Source of the DNA: a virus
Taxonomy: Duplodnaviria > Caudoviricetes
Direction: 5' to 3' (one strand)
Length of the DNA: 64,000 nucleotides
IMG/VR virus record: IMGVR_UViG_3300032030_000024
Span: 32,001 to 96,000 of that record
Below the pieces are notes generated by a model, which did not search any database, was not told the DNA's origin, and was given only the letters and a program-made list of their open reading frames with translations. The position numbers and the translations under genes were made by a program. Shown here piece by piece: positions 44,931 through 55,800 of the stretch. Each line of letters begins with the position of its first letter. The stretch's first letter is position 1.

Positions 44931-45443
44931 TTAAGGTGGCAGATTATAGGTGATGCCAATTCCGAGGCCGGGCTGCAAGCCCCTCGGTGTGATGTAAAAG
45001 CCGCCCTGCAAGCCGAGCGACCATTTTTTCGCTGATTCCATCGAAACGGTCTTCGTCACATAGACGGTCTGCCTGTAGGTGCGTATGCTGTCGAGCCGTG
45101 CGCTGTAGCCGCTGACCCACGCGGTGTATGTGGTGTCGTCGGTGTAGGTTGTCTGCGTGATGGGCACGATGATGGAGTCGCCCGATGCGTAGAGGCTGTC
45201 GGGCTGCAAGGTTACTAACACGGTGTCGTGCAGGATGACAGGCTTCCTTATGACATGGGTGATGACGGAGTCTTTCACGGGCACGGGCTTGTCAACGAAG
45301 AGGGTGTCGGTCACGCGCAGCGTGTCCGTGGATGTCGTTGGGGTGATGCCTGCTCTCTCACACTTCAGGAGAAACAGGTGTGCGACCATCATCAGGAATG
45401 CCCCGATGACGATGCCTTCGAAGAATCTGCTTCTGTGTTCCAT
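44931..45443 (-). CDS. DUF6808-like membrane-anchored lysis-cassette protein
   Basis: N-terminal TM, DT repeats, YTAWVSGY...LDSI; follows the endolysin. Confidence 0.6.
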   Translation of the reverse strand: MEHRSRFFEGIVIGAFLMMVAHLFLLKCERAGITPTTSTDTLRVTDTLFVDKPVPVKDSVITHVIRKPVILHDTVLVTLQPDSLYASGDSIIVPITQTTYTDDTTYTAWVSGYSARLDSIRTYRQTVYVTKTVSMESAKKWSLGLQGGFYITPRGLQPGLGIGITYNLPP

Positions 45444-45455
45444 AGTCGTTTTTCG

Positions 45456-46157
45456 TTACTGGTTGTTGATGTATCTTAATATCCCCTCCACATGAATACG
45501 CGTGATGGCATGTCTGCCTTCGTCGGAGAGCAGGAAGTCTGTGTCGCGGACGTTGTCCATGAACAGGTTCTCAGTGAGCACGGCAGGGCATGCGGTCTTG
45601 CGGATGACGTAGAGGTCGGCCTCTAAGTCACGGTCGCCGTCGCTCATATCCATGCGGAAGGGTGTCTGTTTCTCGCCGTATTCGCCCTTGCGCTTCCCCT
45701 CGTCCATGAGCAGGACGTAGGGCTTCAGGTTGGTGAAGGCAGCGTCGTAGAGGCATTCGGCAAGACGGTCGGCACGGGTCTTGCCGCGCGACGTGTAGCA
45801 GCACCAGCCGCCAGCGTCGCGCCAGCGTGTACCGTCGCCTGCGGCATTGAGGTGGATGCTCACGTATAGGCAGTTCTCCTTCCCGTGGTAGTCACACCAG
45901 GCGTTCACGCGCTGTACACGGTAGGACAGCTCCTTAGACTGCTCCGCTCCATAGCCTGCCTTCTGCCGTGCCTGCGTCCATTCGGGCTTCGGCTCCAGCG
46001 GCTCGTAGTCGACGAGCACATCATGGCCGTAGCTTGTAAGTATGGCCTTGCAGTCGGTGACAATCTCACGACCGTAGACGGCCTCGCGCAGCCGCCCGTC
46101 GGGACTCTGCTTGCCAGGGGTGCTGCCAAGGTGGGGTGTTCCGAGGATGATCTTCAT
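45456..46157 (-). CDS. Endolysin, N-acetylmuramoyl-L-alanine amidase (Amidase_3)
   Basis: H...TPGK.SPDG..RE, VSIHLNA, PAVLTENLFMDN. Confidence 0.85.
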   Translation of the reverse strand: MKIILGTPHLGSTPGKQSPDGRLREAVYGREIVTDCKAILTSYGHDVLVDYEPLEPKPEWTQARQKAGYGAEQSKELSYRVQRVNAWCDYHGKENCLYVSIHLNAAGDGTRWRDAGGWCCYTSRGKTRADRLAECLYDAAFTNLKPYVLLMDEGKRKGEYGEKQTPFRMDMSDGDRDLEADLYVIRKTACPAVLTENLFMDNVRDTDFLLSDEGRHAITRIHVEGILRYINNQ

Positions 46158-46624
46158 TCTGCTGCCTCCTTTCCCTGTCCTTTGGTCAGTGCTACGGTCA
46201 GCGCCTTGGCAATGATGTCGGCCAGCTCGTTCTTGTCTATCATGTGGCTTGCGGCTGCAACGATGGCCTCTGCCTTGCGCCGCTGCTTCTGCTCGGCCTT
46301 TTCATAGACGCTCCACAGCTCGATGCCGCAAAGGATGATGGCCAGCAGCAGCGTGACGCAGGGAACGAGGTAGTCCGCATCGGAAAACTGCCACAGGCCG
46401 AAGTGAAGCATCACGTCGATGCAGGTGGAGATAAGCAGGATACCTTCATAGATGAGGAACTTCGTCAGTGTGCGCGAGAGCCCGTAGCTTGTGTGCGCAT
46501 CGCCCATGAGCGTTGCCTTGCGCCATCCTGACACGAGGTCTACGCCCATTGCCACAATGACCAGCAGCATGGCCACGACTGCTATCATAAGCAGAGAGCC
46601 GAGAGAGAAAATTAGTTCTTTCAT
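46154..46624 (-). CDS. Holin
   Basis: Three TM segments, DLVSGWRKA, S.GL.RT..K, E..SV.E; overlaps the endolysin start. Confidence 0.75.
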   Translation of the reverse strand: MKELIFSLGSLLMIAVVAMLLVIVAMGVDLVSGWRKATLMGDAHTSYGLSRTLTKFLIYEGILLISTCIDVMLHFGLWQFSDADYLVPCVTLLLAIILCGIELWSVYEKAEQKQRRKAEAIVAAASHMIDKNELADIIAKALTVALTKGQGKEAAE

Positions 46625-46646
46625 TTCAGTGTATATGTTTTGACAG

Positions 46647-46754
46647 TTATTCCGTTTCGTTTGCCGCCTGTCCGTCGTTCCTGCCGTTGGAACTCCGCGA
46701 CGCATTGGCTGCTGCCTTTGCTGCCTTCATTATCCGTCGTCTGAACTCGCTCAT
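46647..46754 (-). pseudogene. 35-aa ORF MSEFRRRIM..., possible remnant of a tail accessory/receptor-binding gene
   Basis: Hand translation; lies directly after a tail gene. Confidence 0.35.
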
Positions 46755-46766
46755 ACCCGTTCCTGT

Positions 46767-47363
46767 TTAGAAGGCCGCATAGACGGCGTTGTTGTTGATG
46801 ATGCTAATCTCATAGGTCTTTTCACCCTCGAACGTCGGTGCCTCGCCGCCAGCCCATCTCACGCCAGCGGGAAGCGTCAGCGTGAAGGGAGTGGTAACGA
46901 CACGAACCCGCAGCATGTACTCGTTGACCTTTCCTGACACGCCAGCGTTGAACGCAACGGTAAGCGAGGTCATGCCCTCCGTGTCGGTGTCCCATGTGTT
47001 CAGCACGTTCGGGTCGATGGTCACGTTGTTCGTGGGCTGCGGTACGACGGGCGTAGCCATGTCTTCGGGCGTGATGTGAGAGGCGGCTGCGATGGCAAGT
47101 GCACGGATGCGAGCCTGTATGAATCGGACGGGAATGCCGCTGTTGTCTACCTCCGCAAGAGGGATGGTTGTGCTGTTTTCGTTGAGCTCGCTGTCTGCGA
47201 TGAGGGGCACTTCACCGTCCGAGCCGTTGTCCTCAAGCGGTGCGGCCATCTCCTGTAGCACCGAACGAACAATACGGGCGATGTCCTGCGGGGACTGTTC
47301 AATTAGCTCGGTGATGTATGCGTCGAGCTCTGCTGTTGTCTGTGGAAATGTTCTTTCTGCCAT
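46767..47363 (-). CDS. Tail-associated protein
   Basis: C-terminal NEYM...LTLP.GV.W.GG.AP.F...KTYEISI domain; position after the large tail gene. Confidence 0.6.
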   Translation of the reverse strand: MAERTFPQTTAELDAYITELIEQSPQDIARIVRSVLQEMAAPLEDNGSDGEVPLIADSELNENSTTIPLAEVDNSGIPVRFIQARIRALAIAAASHITPEDMATPVVPQPTNNVTIDPNVLNTWDTDTEGMTSLTVAFNAGVSGKVNEYMLRVRVVTTPFTLTLPAGVRWAGGEAPTFEGEKTYEISIINNNAVYAAF

Positions 47364-47379
47364 ATTTTATTTTTTTGTT

Positions 47380-50300
47380 TTATAATGCAAGCCAGTACCA
47401 TGTGGTGACGTTGCTTTGCGTGAGAGGGACGGACATAAAGTCTCGCGTGTAGCCCGCGTTGACGGTCACGTTGCCCATTGGCGTGTCAGACCTGACTCCT
47501 ATCAGTGCGAGTCCTTCAAACATAAAACGGTTCCTGCCTTCTGTCTCTATGACCGATATGCTGTCTGTCGTTCGCTGATTGAAGACATGCACGAGCATGC
47601 CGTGGAAGTCCTCTGGCCGGGGAAGTGCCACAAGTATGTTGTTGTCCTGTGACTTGAACCCGCTGCCCCTGACATAGACCATCTGGCTGTTGTAGGAGCA
47701 CGGGATGCAGCAGTAGGGCTGTGTCAGGTCGCTTGCAAAGGTGCTCACATCCAGTTGGTAGCCCCAGCTTTCTATTTGACGGAAAGACACGTAGCCGCCT
47801 TGGAATGTGCCTGGCACCGTACCCCCACCATCACGAACAATGGCCGTGAAACCTGACAGGTCGGTGACATAGAACCACTGTCCCTTGCCGTCGTCGTTGT
47901 CGAAGTTATGGTAGTTCACCATCCCCCACCACTGGCATGCAGGACGGAAGAGGTCGGTCGCCTTGACAGACCCTTCAAACACACCGTCTACGGCATGCAG
48001 CGTACCCGTAGTGGGGTCGATGCTTATCTTTCCGCTGACCGTTCCTGCCGTGTTCGTAAACGTCACTTTATCACCGCGCAGCTCGACGGTCTGGCGGTCG
48101 ATGTCAACACCTGTCGAGCCAAGGTCGCTCTTCACGGCAAGTGTAATCCTGTCGGCTGTCTGCTTGATGACCGACGATACCTCTTCCTGTGACACAACAA
48201 ACTCCGTGGCGTTCACTCCGACCTCCAACTGCGGGTAGCGTAGCTTTGGCGTGTTGATGTTGATGTAAACACTTATAGTGCCTGTGCCCGTGATTTGGAA
48301 TGTCACCGTTTTGCGCTTGCCGCTCGTTGTTGGCTTGAACACGGCGGGCTGCTCCTGATAATGGCTTGGGTCAAAGACATAGATATTCACGCTGCCCGTT
48401 GTCTCGCCCTCGAAAGACAGGGTGTAGTCTGTTCCTTTCTGTAAGGTGATGAGCGGGCTGCTGACGTGCTTGTCGTTGATAGAGGTGTCGCATACGAAGA
48501 AGCTGTCATCATCAACACTTACTGGCACAATCTGATGTGTCGGGAACGTGTGGCTTGACTCGCTTCTCCACTTGTCGCCTGTGAGCACTCCCGTCAGCAG
48601 GTTCTTCCCCTCCTTCAGCTGTCGCACCTCGGCTGTGATGCCGTCCATCGTCACCTTGAGGCTTGACTTGGCTTCGTCTACGAGACCACGGTCTTCCCAA
48701 CCCGTCTGTGTGGCCACATACAGATGCCCGTTGACATCGAGCACATAACCGTCGCCAAGACTTGCCGAAAGAGACTCGTAGACGGGCAGCGTGATTTCCC
48801 CGCCCTGACTGCTTCCTGCCGCCGTACAGCGGAGCAGGTGAGTACCCGTGGCCGTCCATGAGGCGTATTTCACAAGCAGGATGTCGCCCACTCTGCCCGT
48901 CGTGATGTATGGTGTGTCGGGACGGAAGTCTACCGCCGTGCCTTTCTCAACAACGTTATACAGCTTTTCCGTTGCGCCTCCTGTGGTCTCAATCTCGAAC
49001 GAGGGTGCGACGAACCTGTTGCCGGCCACGGGGCTTATTCTCGTGCGCTCACATCCTTCAAGACTCCACCGTGGCACTATGCCGTCGTCATAGCCCACAC
49101 CCAACAGCTCGCGGATGCAGGGGGCTTCGCTGCCCACCGTCTCAATAGTAATCAAGTTTGACAGCTCCCGGTTCAGGTAGTTGCCGAAGCAGGCGATGCT
49201 GTCACCTGCCGACGGACGGTCGCTGCCCGTGTCGTAAAACGGGCTTGTGTTGGCCAGGTCGATATAGTGATGTCCCAGTCCGTCGTCGAGCACCTTCGTC
49301 AGCTTCGTGTACGTCTGCCGTGTCACGTTCTCTCCCTTGGCTGTCACTGCTCGCCAGTAGTACTTGCTCTGGGTGGCCGTGCTGCCTGCCTCGCCCGTAT
49401 GGGTGCCGTCGGGCGATGCTGCCACGTCATACGTCTGACAGCGGGCCATCATGCCCGTCTGCCAGGTGTTGATGGTGCGCGTCGTGCCGTCGTCGGCCTT
49501 CAGCCAGCAGCGGAAGATGCTCACCTGTGCCCAGTCTTCGTCTGTCATCGTAGAACGGAACAGCTTGCGCCTTGACAGCAGCTTGTTCTGAAGCGACAAC
49601 GGGACGAGACGAAGCACCCAAGGCACACTCAGGTATTCGTAGCCCAACACCGTCTCGGTGTACACGTCTACCTCCCCCGGCACAGGTGCCAGCTTGATAT
49701 AGTCTACCTCCTCGATGATTGATGCAGCAGGGGAAAAGGCGTAGTTGCCGCCAATGGCCACCATTTTACGCACCTCCACTTCGTTGAACATAGCCTTCTT
49801 GCGCACAAAGAGCTTGTCAACCACCAATCGTGAACTGTCCGAACCGTCATCATCCGTCAGCTGCCAGCCCGTGCCGAACATTGAGTCACCGCCAGAGAAG
49901 CCGATGCTCTGGATGGTGCGGGTGAGGATGCTCTGTGCCACACGGAGTATGCCGCCTATAACGCCGCTCTCCGTCACCTCAAGCCCTAAGCCCTTTGTCT
50001 GCCCAGACGCGTCGGTCGTCGTGCCGCTTCCCGCACCTGTGGCCTTCAGCGAGCGCACCGTGGCATCACCGTCGGCACTGATGCCGAAGAGGTTCTGTGC
50101 CTTCACCCACAAGCCTCGCAGGAAGCCTATGGTACCCTCAGTAGTATCATCATACAGCTTTGAGAGAAACCGTGGCGTGACCCAGTTAGAGACAATCATG
50201 CGGATGTAGCTGTCTGACACCACCGTGCCAACGCTCATGTTACCAGAGACGATGGCCTCTACGTTCTCCTTTGTCTTCGTCTGACTGCCCTTTAAGACCT

Positions 50301-52407
50301 CGTTGCCAACGGATATTTCCTGCTCGAACTCATAATCGAGCTTCGTGACGAGCTTCATCACCCTTGTTTCAAGGATATGTGCCGAGCGGTCTTGGCTATC
50401 CATGTCGAGGCCATCGTCAAAGAACACCTTCTGTCCGATGAATAGGTTGGGGTTGGCCGTGTGGAATGCTACGGGGTTGCTCTTGACCGTGTACGTGTTC
50501 CTGTCCTTTGTCAGCTTCGTGATGTACTCCATTGTCTTGCTCGCAAGCTCTGCCTGTGCAGCTGTCTCGACCTCACGCCCCATAGCGACATTGTAGAGAT
50601 TCACCTTGTTGCCGAAGAGTGACGGACGGCTGTTGTCCCTGCTATCTCCCTTTGGGATGATTCCCTGTGCTATGGTAGACGGGATGATTACCGTGTCATT
50701 CTGCCCAAACTCTACCTCGTAGTCGTGCGAGCTGATAACGGCACGTCTGCCTGTTATGGCATCGAGCACTCCCGTGTCACCGTCTTCCGTCGGTTCCTCG
50801 TTGGCCTTTCTCACATAGTTAGACCCTTCAATCCCCATGTATCTGACAGGGAAGCCGTAGTGCCCGTTGCCGTCGCCTGCACCCAATCCTGCAAGTGGCG
50901 TGCTCTCGGCATACTCATATATGTCTGCCCCGTTAGCATCAGTACCTGTCTTCACCTTGTAGTTGTTCGGCTGGAAAGCCACGACAGGCTTCTTGCCGTC
51001 AATTATCTGGCTTACCCTGTTCTCTTTCGGGAACTTGGTAATGTCGATGTTGTCGATGAACTCAAGACCGGCGCCTATACGTAACAGAGCCACAAAGCTA
51101 TTATACGCACCTGCATTGCTGGCTCTGTCAACATAGAACCGCAGGCTGTTGCTGACAAGAAAAAAGGGAATATTTATCCCCTTTACGGTTACGGTGCTGT
51201 CTGCGACCCTCAGCTTAAACCATAAGCCAACCATCCCATCCGTGTATCGAATGTCCGTGAACACAGTCACACCGTTTGTACCTTCTGTGAACGACACAAC
51301 ACTTCCTACGGCATATTCGCTGATGGCGTAGTCACTCCACGCAACGGCCTCCCCCTGAGCATTCTTCGTTGGGACGGCAAGACGGAAGTACCACTTTGCA
51401 TAACGCAGGTAGTGCTCCGTCCCGTCATCATCGGTGTACGACACGACCTTGTTGCCGTTGTCGTCTGTTAGGTAGCACTCCCTGTACTTGACATCGTACA
51501 CATACATATCCATTCTTGGGTACACATCTTCGAGGATAAGCGGCTTCAGGAACAGCTTTCCCGTGAAGTTGTCCTTGCTTACCTCGTGACCCTTTCCGTC
51601 CGTATAGATGATGCCGTCAGGGTACACCTCGCGGTTGAGGGACAGCCTCACGTCGCTCTGCACAAGCTCCTGGCTTGCCGTCCTTCGCAGGATGTTCCGT
51701 GTGCTTCCCTGCGGCTCAAAGGCATTCCAGTAGCCTTCTTTCGAATTTCGCATGGACGGGACGCTAACATTCCAGCCAGCGGTCAGCGTTGGTGTGGCAA
51801 GGCCGTTGTCAAGGGATATATGGCCGAAGTATAGCGTTTTCTCCTCCCATCCGATATGCCATTCGCATTCACATATATTGGCCACCGTGCTAAGTGCGGA
51901 AAGGATGTCGGTCGAATCGAAGTTGGCAGTGATAACCCTGTCATCAAAATCTTTCAGGACTACACCGAACTCATCTACGCCATTGAGCGAGAGCTCCCTG
52001 TTTATTGCGGGGATGACGAAGCCGTTTAGCAGCGAAGAGACGGAGCCTGTGAACGGCCAGTCTATCTTGTCGATGTCGTTGTCCTGCGTGTCTTTCACCG
52101 CCACGCGGAACGTGACCTTTCCAAGATACATCTTCGGATGATGGAAATGGGGTTCATAGTGCCATTCTGCCTCCGACTGCTGTTCAGGCTCATACGGCTC
52201 TAAGAGGGAGTATTGTATGCCGTCATCGTAGGGGATGACATACGCATCGACAGGAATGGTTCTCTTCTCTGTGTCACTCCATGACAGCTTCACGAAGTCG
52301 GACTTCATCAGCTCCTCTTCGTGTTCTGCCTCCTGAAGGACTGGCACTGCCCATTCCTGCACCGTGCCATTCTCCTTGTAGTATATCTTTATCGTGCTCG
52401 TCCTCAT
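47380..52407 (-). CDS. Large tail tip/baseplate hub-central fibre protein
   Basis: 1675 aa, follows Dit; N-terminal ELM..D.V.LSW and ECEW motifs; late SVIKQTADRI and carbohydrate-binding-like segment. Confidence 0.8.
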   Translation of the reverse strand: MRTSTIKIYYKENGTVQEWAVPVLQEAEHEEELMKSDFVKLSWSDTEKRTIPVDAYVIPYDDGIQYSLLEPYEPEQQSEAEWHYEPHFHHPKMYLGKVTFRVAVKDTQDNDIDKIDWPFTGSVSSLLNGFVIPAINRELSLNGVDEFGVVLKDFDDRVITANFDSTDILSALSTVANICECEWHIGWEEKTLYFGHISLDNGLATPTLTAGWNVSVPSMRNSKEGYWNAFEPQGSTRNILRRTASQELVQSDVRLSLNREVYPDGIIYTDGKGHEVSKDNFTGKLFLKPLILEDVYPRMDMYVYDVKYRECYLTDDNGNKVVSYTDDDGTEHYLRYAKWYFRLAVPTKNAQGEAVAWSDYAISEYAVGSVVSFTEGTNGVTVFTDIRYTDGMVGLWFKLRVADSTVTVKGINIPFFLVSNSLRFYVDRASNAGAYNSFVALLRIGAGLEFIDNIDITKFPKENRVSQIIDGKKPVVAFQPNNYKVKTGTDANGADIYEYAESTPLAGLGAGDGNGHYGFPVRYMGIEGSNYVRKANEEPTEDGDTGVLDAITGRRAVISSHDYEVEFGQNDTVIIPSTIAQGIIPKGDSRDNSRPSLFGNKVNLYNVAMGREVETAAQAELASKTMEYITKLTKDRNTYTVKSNPVAFHTANPNLFIGQKVFFDDGLDMDSQDRSAHILETRVMKLVTKLDYEFEQEISVGNEVLKGSQTKTKENVEAIVSGNMSVGTVVSDSYIRMIVSNWVTPRFLSKLYDDTTEGTIGFLRGLWVKAQNLFGISADGDATVRSLKATGAGSGTTTDASGQTKGLGLEVTESGVIGGILRVAQSILTRTIQSIGFSGGDSMFGTGWQLTDDDGSDSSRLVVDKLFVRKKAMFNEVEVRKMVAIGGNYAFSPAASIIEEVDYIKLAPVPGEVDVYTETVLGYEYLSVPWVLRLVPLSLQNKLLSRRKLFRSTMTDEDWAQVSIFRCWLKADDGTTRTINTWQTGMMARCQTYDVAASPDGTHTGEAGSTATQSKYYWRAVTAKGENVTRQTYTKLTKVLDDGLGHHYIDLANTSPFYDTGSDRPSAGDSIACFGNYLNRELSNLITIETVGSEAPCIRELLGVGYDDGIVPRWSLEGCERTRISPVAGNRFVAPSFEIETTGGATEKLYNVVEKGTAVDFRPDTPYITTGRVGDILLVKYASWTATGTHLLRCTAAGSSQGGEITLPVYESLSASLGDGYVLDVNGHLYVATQTGWEDRGLVDEAKSSLKVTMDGITAEVRQLKEGKNLLTGVLTGDKWRSESSHTFPTHQIVPVSVDDDSFFVCDTSINDKHVSSPLITLQKGTDYTLSFEGETTGSVNIYVFDPSHYQEQPAVFKPTTSGKRKTVTFQITGTGTISVYININTPKLRYPQLEVGVNATEFVVSQEEVSSVIKQTADRITLAVKSDLGSTGVDIDRQTVELRGDKVTFTNTAGTVSGKISIDPTTGTLHAVDGVFEGSVKATDLFRPACQWWGMVNYHNFDNDDGKGQWFYVTDLSGFTAIVRDGGGTVPGTFQGGYVSFRQIESWGYQLDVSTFASDLTQPYCCIPCSYNSQMVYVRGSGFKSQDNNILVALPRPEDFHGMLVHVFNQRTTDSISVIETEGRNRFMFEGLALIGVRSDTPMGNVTVNAGYTRDFMSVPLTQSNVTTWYWLAL

Positions 52408-52409
52408 AT

Positions 52410-52889
52410 CTATCCTTGTTGTGCTTCCGTCCTGTCCGCTGGGTTCGGCTCGTTCAGCCGCAGCGAGAACTTCGCCATTTCCTGCATGAACTCAGAGAAC
52501 TGCGAACAGCTCTCATACGTCATGTGGAACACCTTTCCGCTCACATAGCCGCTCTTGATGTCAATGAACTGCCTGTCAAGCACCTGCTCACAGAAACTGT
52601 TGTACCGCTGCCAGAACACAGCCTTGCTCTTCGCATGTACGTGCATCTCAAGGGACACGTTGCGCTCGTCCTTCTTTACGTATGTCTGTGAAGAGACGAC
52701 CCGCTTCCCGTCCTGTATGCGACTTTTGTTCTCCACGGGCGCTTTCATCGGTGCCGGAGTTATGAGCTCCGACAATGAAGCATCGGTAAAAGAGACGCCC
52801 CATGTGTCGTATGCATCCACCCACCCGTTGACGTTGCCCGTGATGGATGACGTTGCGCTCGTCTTGATGTATAGTTCTCCCCTTGCCAT
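52410..52889 (-). CDS. Distal tail (Dit-like) protein
   Basis: DAY.TWGV, PAP.K..VEN.SR..DG, DER, L.EPNP..R; directly after the tape measure gene. Confidence 0.7.
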   Translation of the reverse strand: MARGELYIKTSATSSITGNVNGWVDAYDTWGVSFTDASLSELITPAPMKAPVENKSRIQDGKRVVSSQTYVKKDERNVSLEMHVHAKSKAVFWQRYNSFCEQVLDRQFIDIKSGYVSGKVFHMTYESCSQFSEFMQEMAKFSLRLNEPNPADRTEAQQG

Positions 52890-52891
52890 TC

Positions 52892-55800
52892 CTATGCCTC
52901 CTGTAATTGCTTGTAGATGTTCGTCAGCTTCGTGTCAAAGCTCTCGTAGTGTTCCTTCATCACCTTCAGCATCGTCTCGCGTGTGCCGTTGGCCTGTATG
53001 GTGAGGTTGCGCAGCTCGTTGAAGGAGCCTTGGAAGCCCGCCTGCATCGTCTGTAGGTTCTGTAATATCAGCTCACTTGTGGCACGGCCTTGCTCGAAGA
53101 GTGCCGTGTGGCCAAGCAGTATTCCTGCAAGAGCGTCTGCCTGCTCGTAGGTGATGTTCTGTGCGGAGTTGACCGTGGCAGACTGCTGCTTCGTCACCTC
53201 GTCGAGTTCTTGTATCACTCCAGCCTCCTGTAGTTCCCTTACCTTGTCAGTGGCACTCTCCAGAGTCTTGCTGTAGGCGTTGTAGAAGGTCTTGTTTGCA
53301 TTGTCAATGGCCTGCCGCCTTTTATTCTCGTCTTCGATATTGTTTGCTTTTTCTACTTCCTTAGCCCACGTGTCGTACTCTTTTTCAAGTTCTTCCCTCA
53401 ACTTCTGGCCTACGATGTTATTAATCATCATACGGTTTATCATCTTCTGCCAGCTTTCCGCTATATCGTCAAACACGTCCTCTGCCCCGTCTGCCATGTC
53501 GTAGAGAGCGTTCATGAAGTCATTGAAGATATTCTCTGCCGTTGTACCGAGAAGCTGTTCGTTGAGCTGGTCTTTCAGCTTCTTGATGTCCTCATAGCTG
53601 TCAGCCCACTCTGTTACGGCCTTGGCTATCTGACCGTTGTCGTAAGAGTCCTTACGCATCAGCTCATACCACACTTTCTGCAATTCCGGTGTTTCTCGTA
53701 TCCTGCTGAGAATTTCTGCTCCCTGGCCATTCTCAAGGCCACCGAGATAGTCAAAGAAGTTCTGCCACGATGTACCTTTGAACGTTCCGTACCCGTTGGC
53801 CTCCATCCATTTTTTTAGCGTGTCTACATATCCGTGTCGAACCTCACCACCGAACGTACGCCAGTCCTCACCACCGTTCTTGTTACGATGCCACCACTCA
53901 GAGTGACGACCACCGTAATCACTGTTGCCTGCCGACAAGACATTTTCCTTGTAGTAGTACTGCTGTTCTTCGAGCAGTTTCTCTATTCCCTTTGCCGTTT
54001 CGACAGCCGACATGCCATACGATTCAGACAGCGTATCGGTCATTCGCTTTACGGAGTCGTTGATGATTTCAAGCTTGCCCATCAACTCCTTCCGATAGTC
54101 CATAATGTCCTCTGCGTTGCTCCGATTCCCAAGCCACGTGTCTAAGCCGCCAAACGTGATAGCATTGCCGACGCTTTGCAGAAGCCCACCGACGCCATCT
54201 GTTATGATTGAGCTCAAAGCGTTGAACAGATTGGCAGGAAGGTCAAAGATTGCTTGCACGAGGTTCCCAATTGATTTGAGAATGCTGTTCACAAGGTCAC
54301 TCAGCCATTCAAACGATATAAGTTCGGTCATCGAGTCAAGGATTCCCGTCACCATCCCCTTGATAGAGTTGGCGAGATTGAGTATAAGCTCTGGCACCTG
54401 CAAGAAGAATCCAACGGAGCTTGACAGCAGACCTTCCATCGTGCCGCCCATGCCACCAAGGAGCTCTTTGACATCAAAAAGGGTTTTTTCCATGCTTGTG
54501 CCGAATGCGCTGACAAGCTGGTTGTCGGCCTGCGCCTGATTGATATCACCGCCAGCCACGGCCTCGGCAAGCTCTTGCTGCATCTGCTCAAAGCCGATGT
54601 TTCCTTTCAGCCTCTCAGCCATATCCTCTGCGGTCTTTTTGTTGACATCGCCGATGAACCTGCTAATATCGCTGGAAGCACTTTGCAAACTATTGAACCC
54701 TTTCGTTCCTGCCCAGGGCGAATCTTTCAGGGCAACATCGAGCTTTGATACGTAATTGACAACGGCATCGCTCGCCTGATTCAGTGCCGTACCAAAGTTC
54801 CTAACGTCCTCCTGCGCTTCAACAACGGATGCGCTTGCCTTGTCGAACGCCTCTTTCATCTTGGCCTCGCTGTCCGTGCCTTTCGCCTGCTCATATTGGG
54901 ACTTTGCGGACTGCTCTTCCCTCTGAGCCGTTTCAAGACGGGTCACGGCATTGTTGAAGTTTATCATAGCAGCCGCGAGGTCGGTCATTGCAGCATCTTC
55001 CGAACCAAGATAGCTTCTCAGCTCTGACATCAGCTGCACCACCTTCTCCTGATTCTCCGCACCGCTTTTCTGGAACTCGTCGGTCTTGGTATAAGACTGA
55101 AGACGGCTCATCATTTCCTGCATCATCTGCTTCGACATTGCACCAATGCCACCAAAAAGCGCCTTCCAGTCTATATCTTTCGATATATTCTCAAAAGTCA
55201 ACTGCCCTTGTATCTTCTGCAGTTCCTTTGTGTACTTCAATGCTGCGCCCTCGTTCTTTTCAGCACGTGCAGCACTTATCTTATCCTCGTACTCCTCGGT
55301 AATAAGCATTCGCTGCTGTTCGAGTGTGCCGTATTCCTTCAAGTAGTCTCGCATGGACTGCAAGCGTTCGCGTGTCAGCGCTGCGTTCGTCTTTGCGGCC
55401 TCGCTTGCCTGCTTCTTCAGGAACTCGCGTAGCATTGCGTTCTCCTGCTCGGTAAGATTTGACACGTTCAGGCTTTCTAACGTCCTGAACGTCCCTTCAA
55501 GCTGTGACGGGTCAATGGTGTCAAGGCTCTGCTGTATCTTCCTGATGGCAGCAATGGCAGGGTCGGGGTCGATGGTGTTGTAGAGCTCCTGTATTCTCTC
55601 TATCTTGTCCGTGGGAAGGTCTGTCAGCTGTTCGTGCAGCTTCTGTAGCTGTGCATCGGGCACGGGGATGTCTACGGCTATCACAAGTTTCTTCTCGTCA
55701 GCTTCGAGAATATTGTCTGCACCTTCAAGCGAATTGCCGATATAATCCTCCAGCTCCTTCTGTGAGAGCACCGTGCCGTCGGGTAGGATAGGGGTGACAA

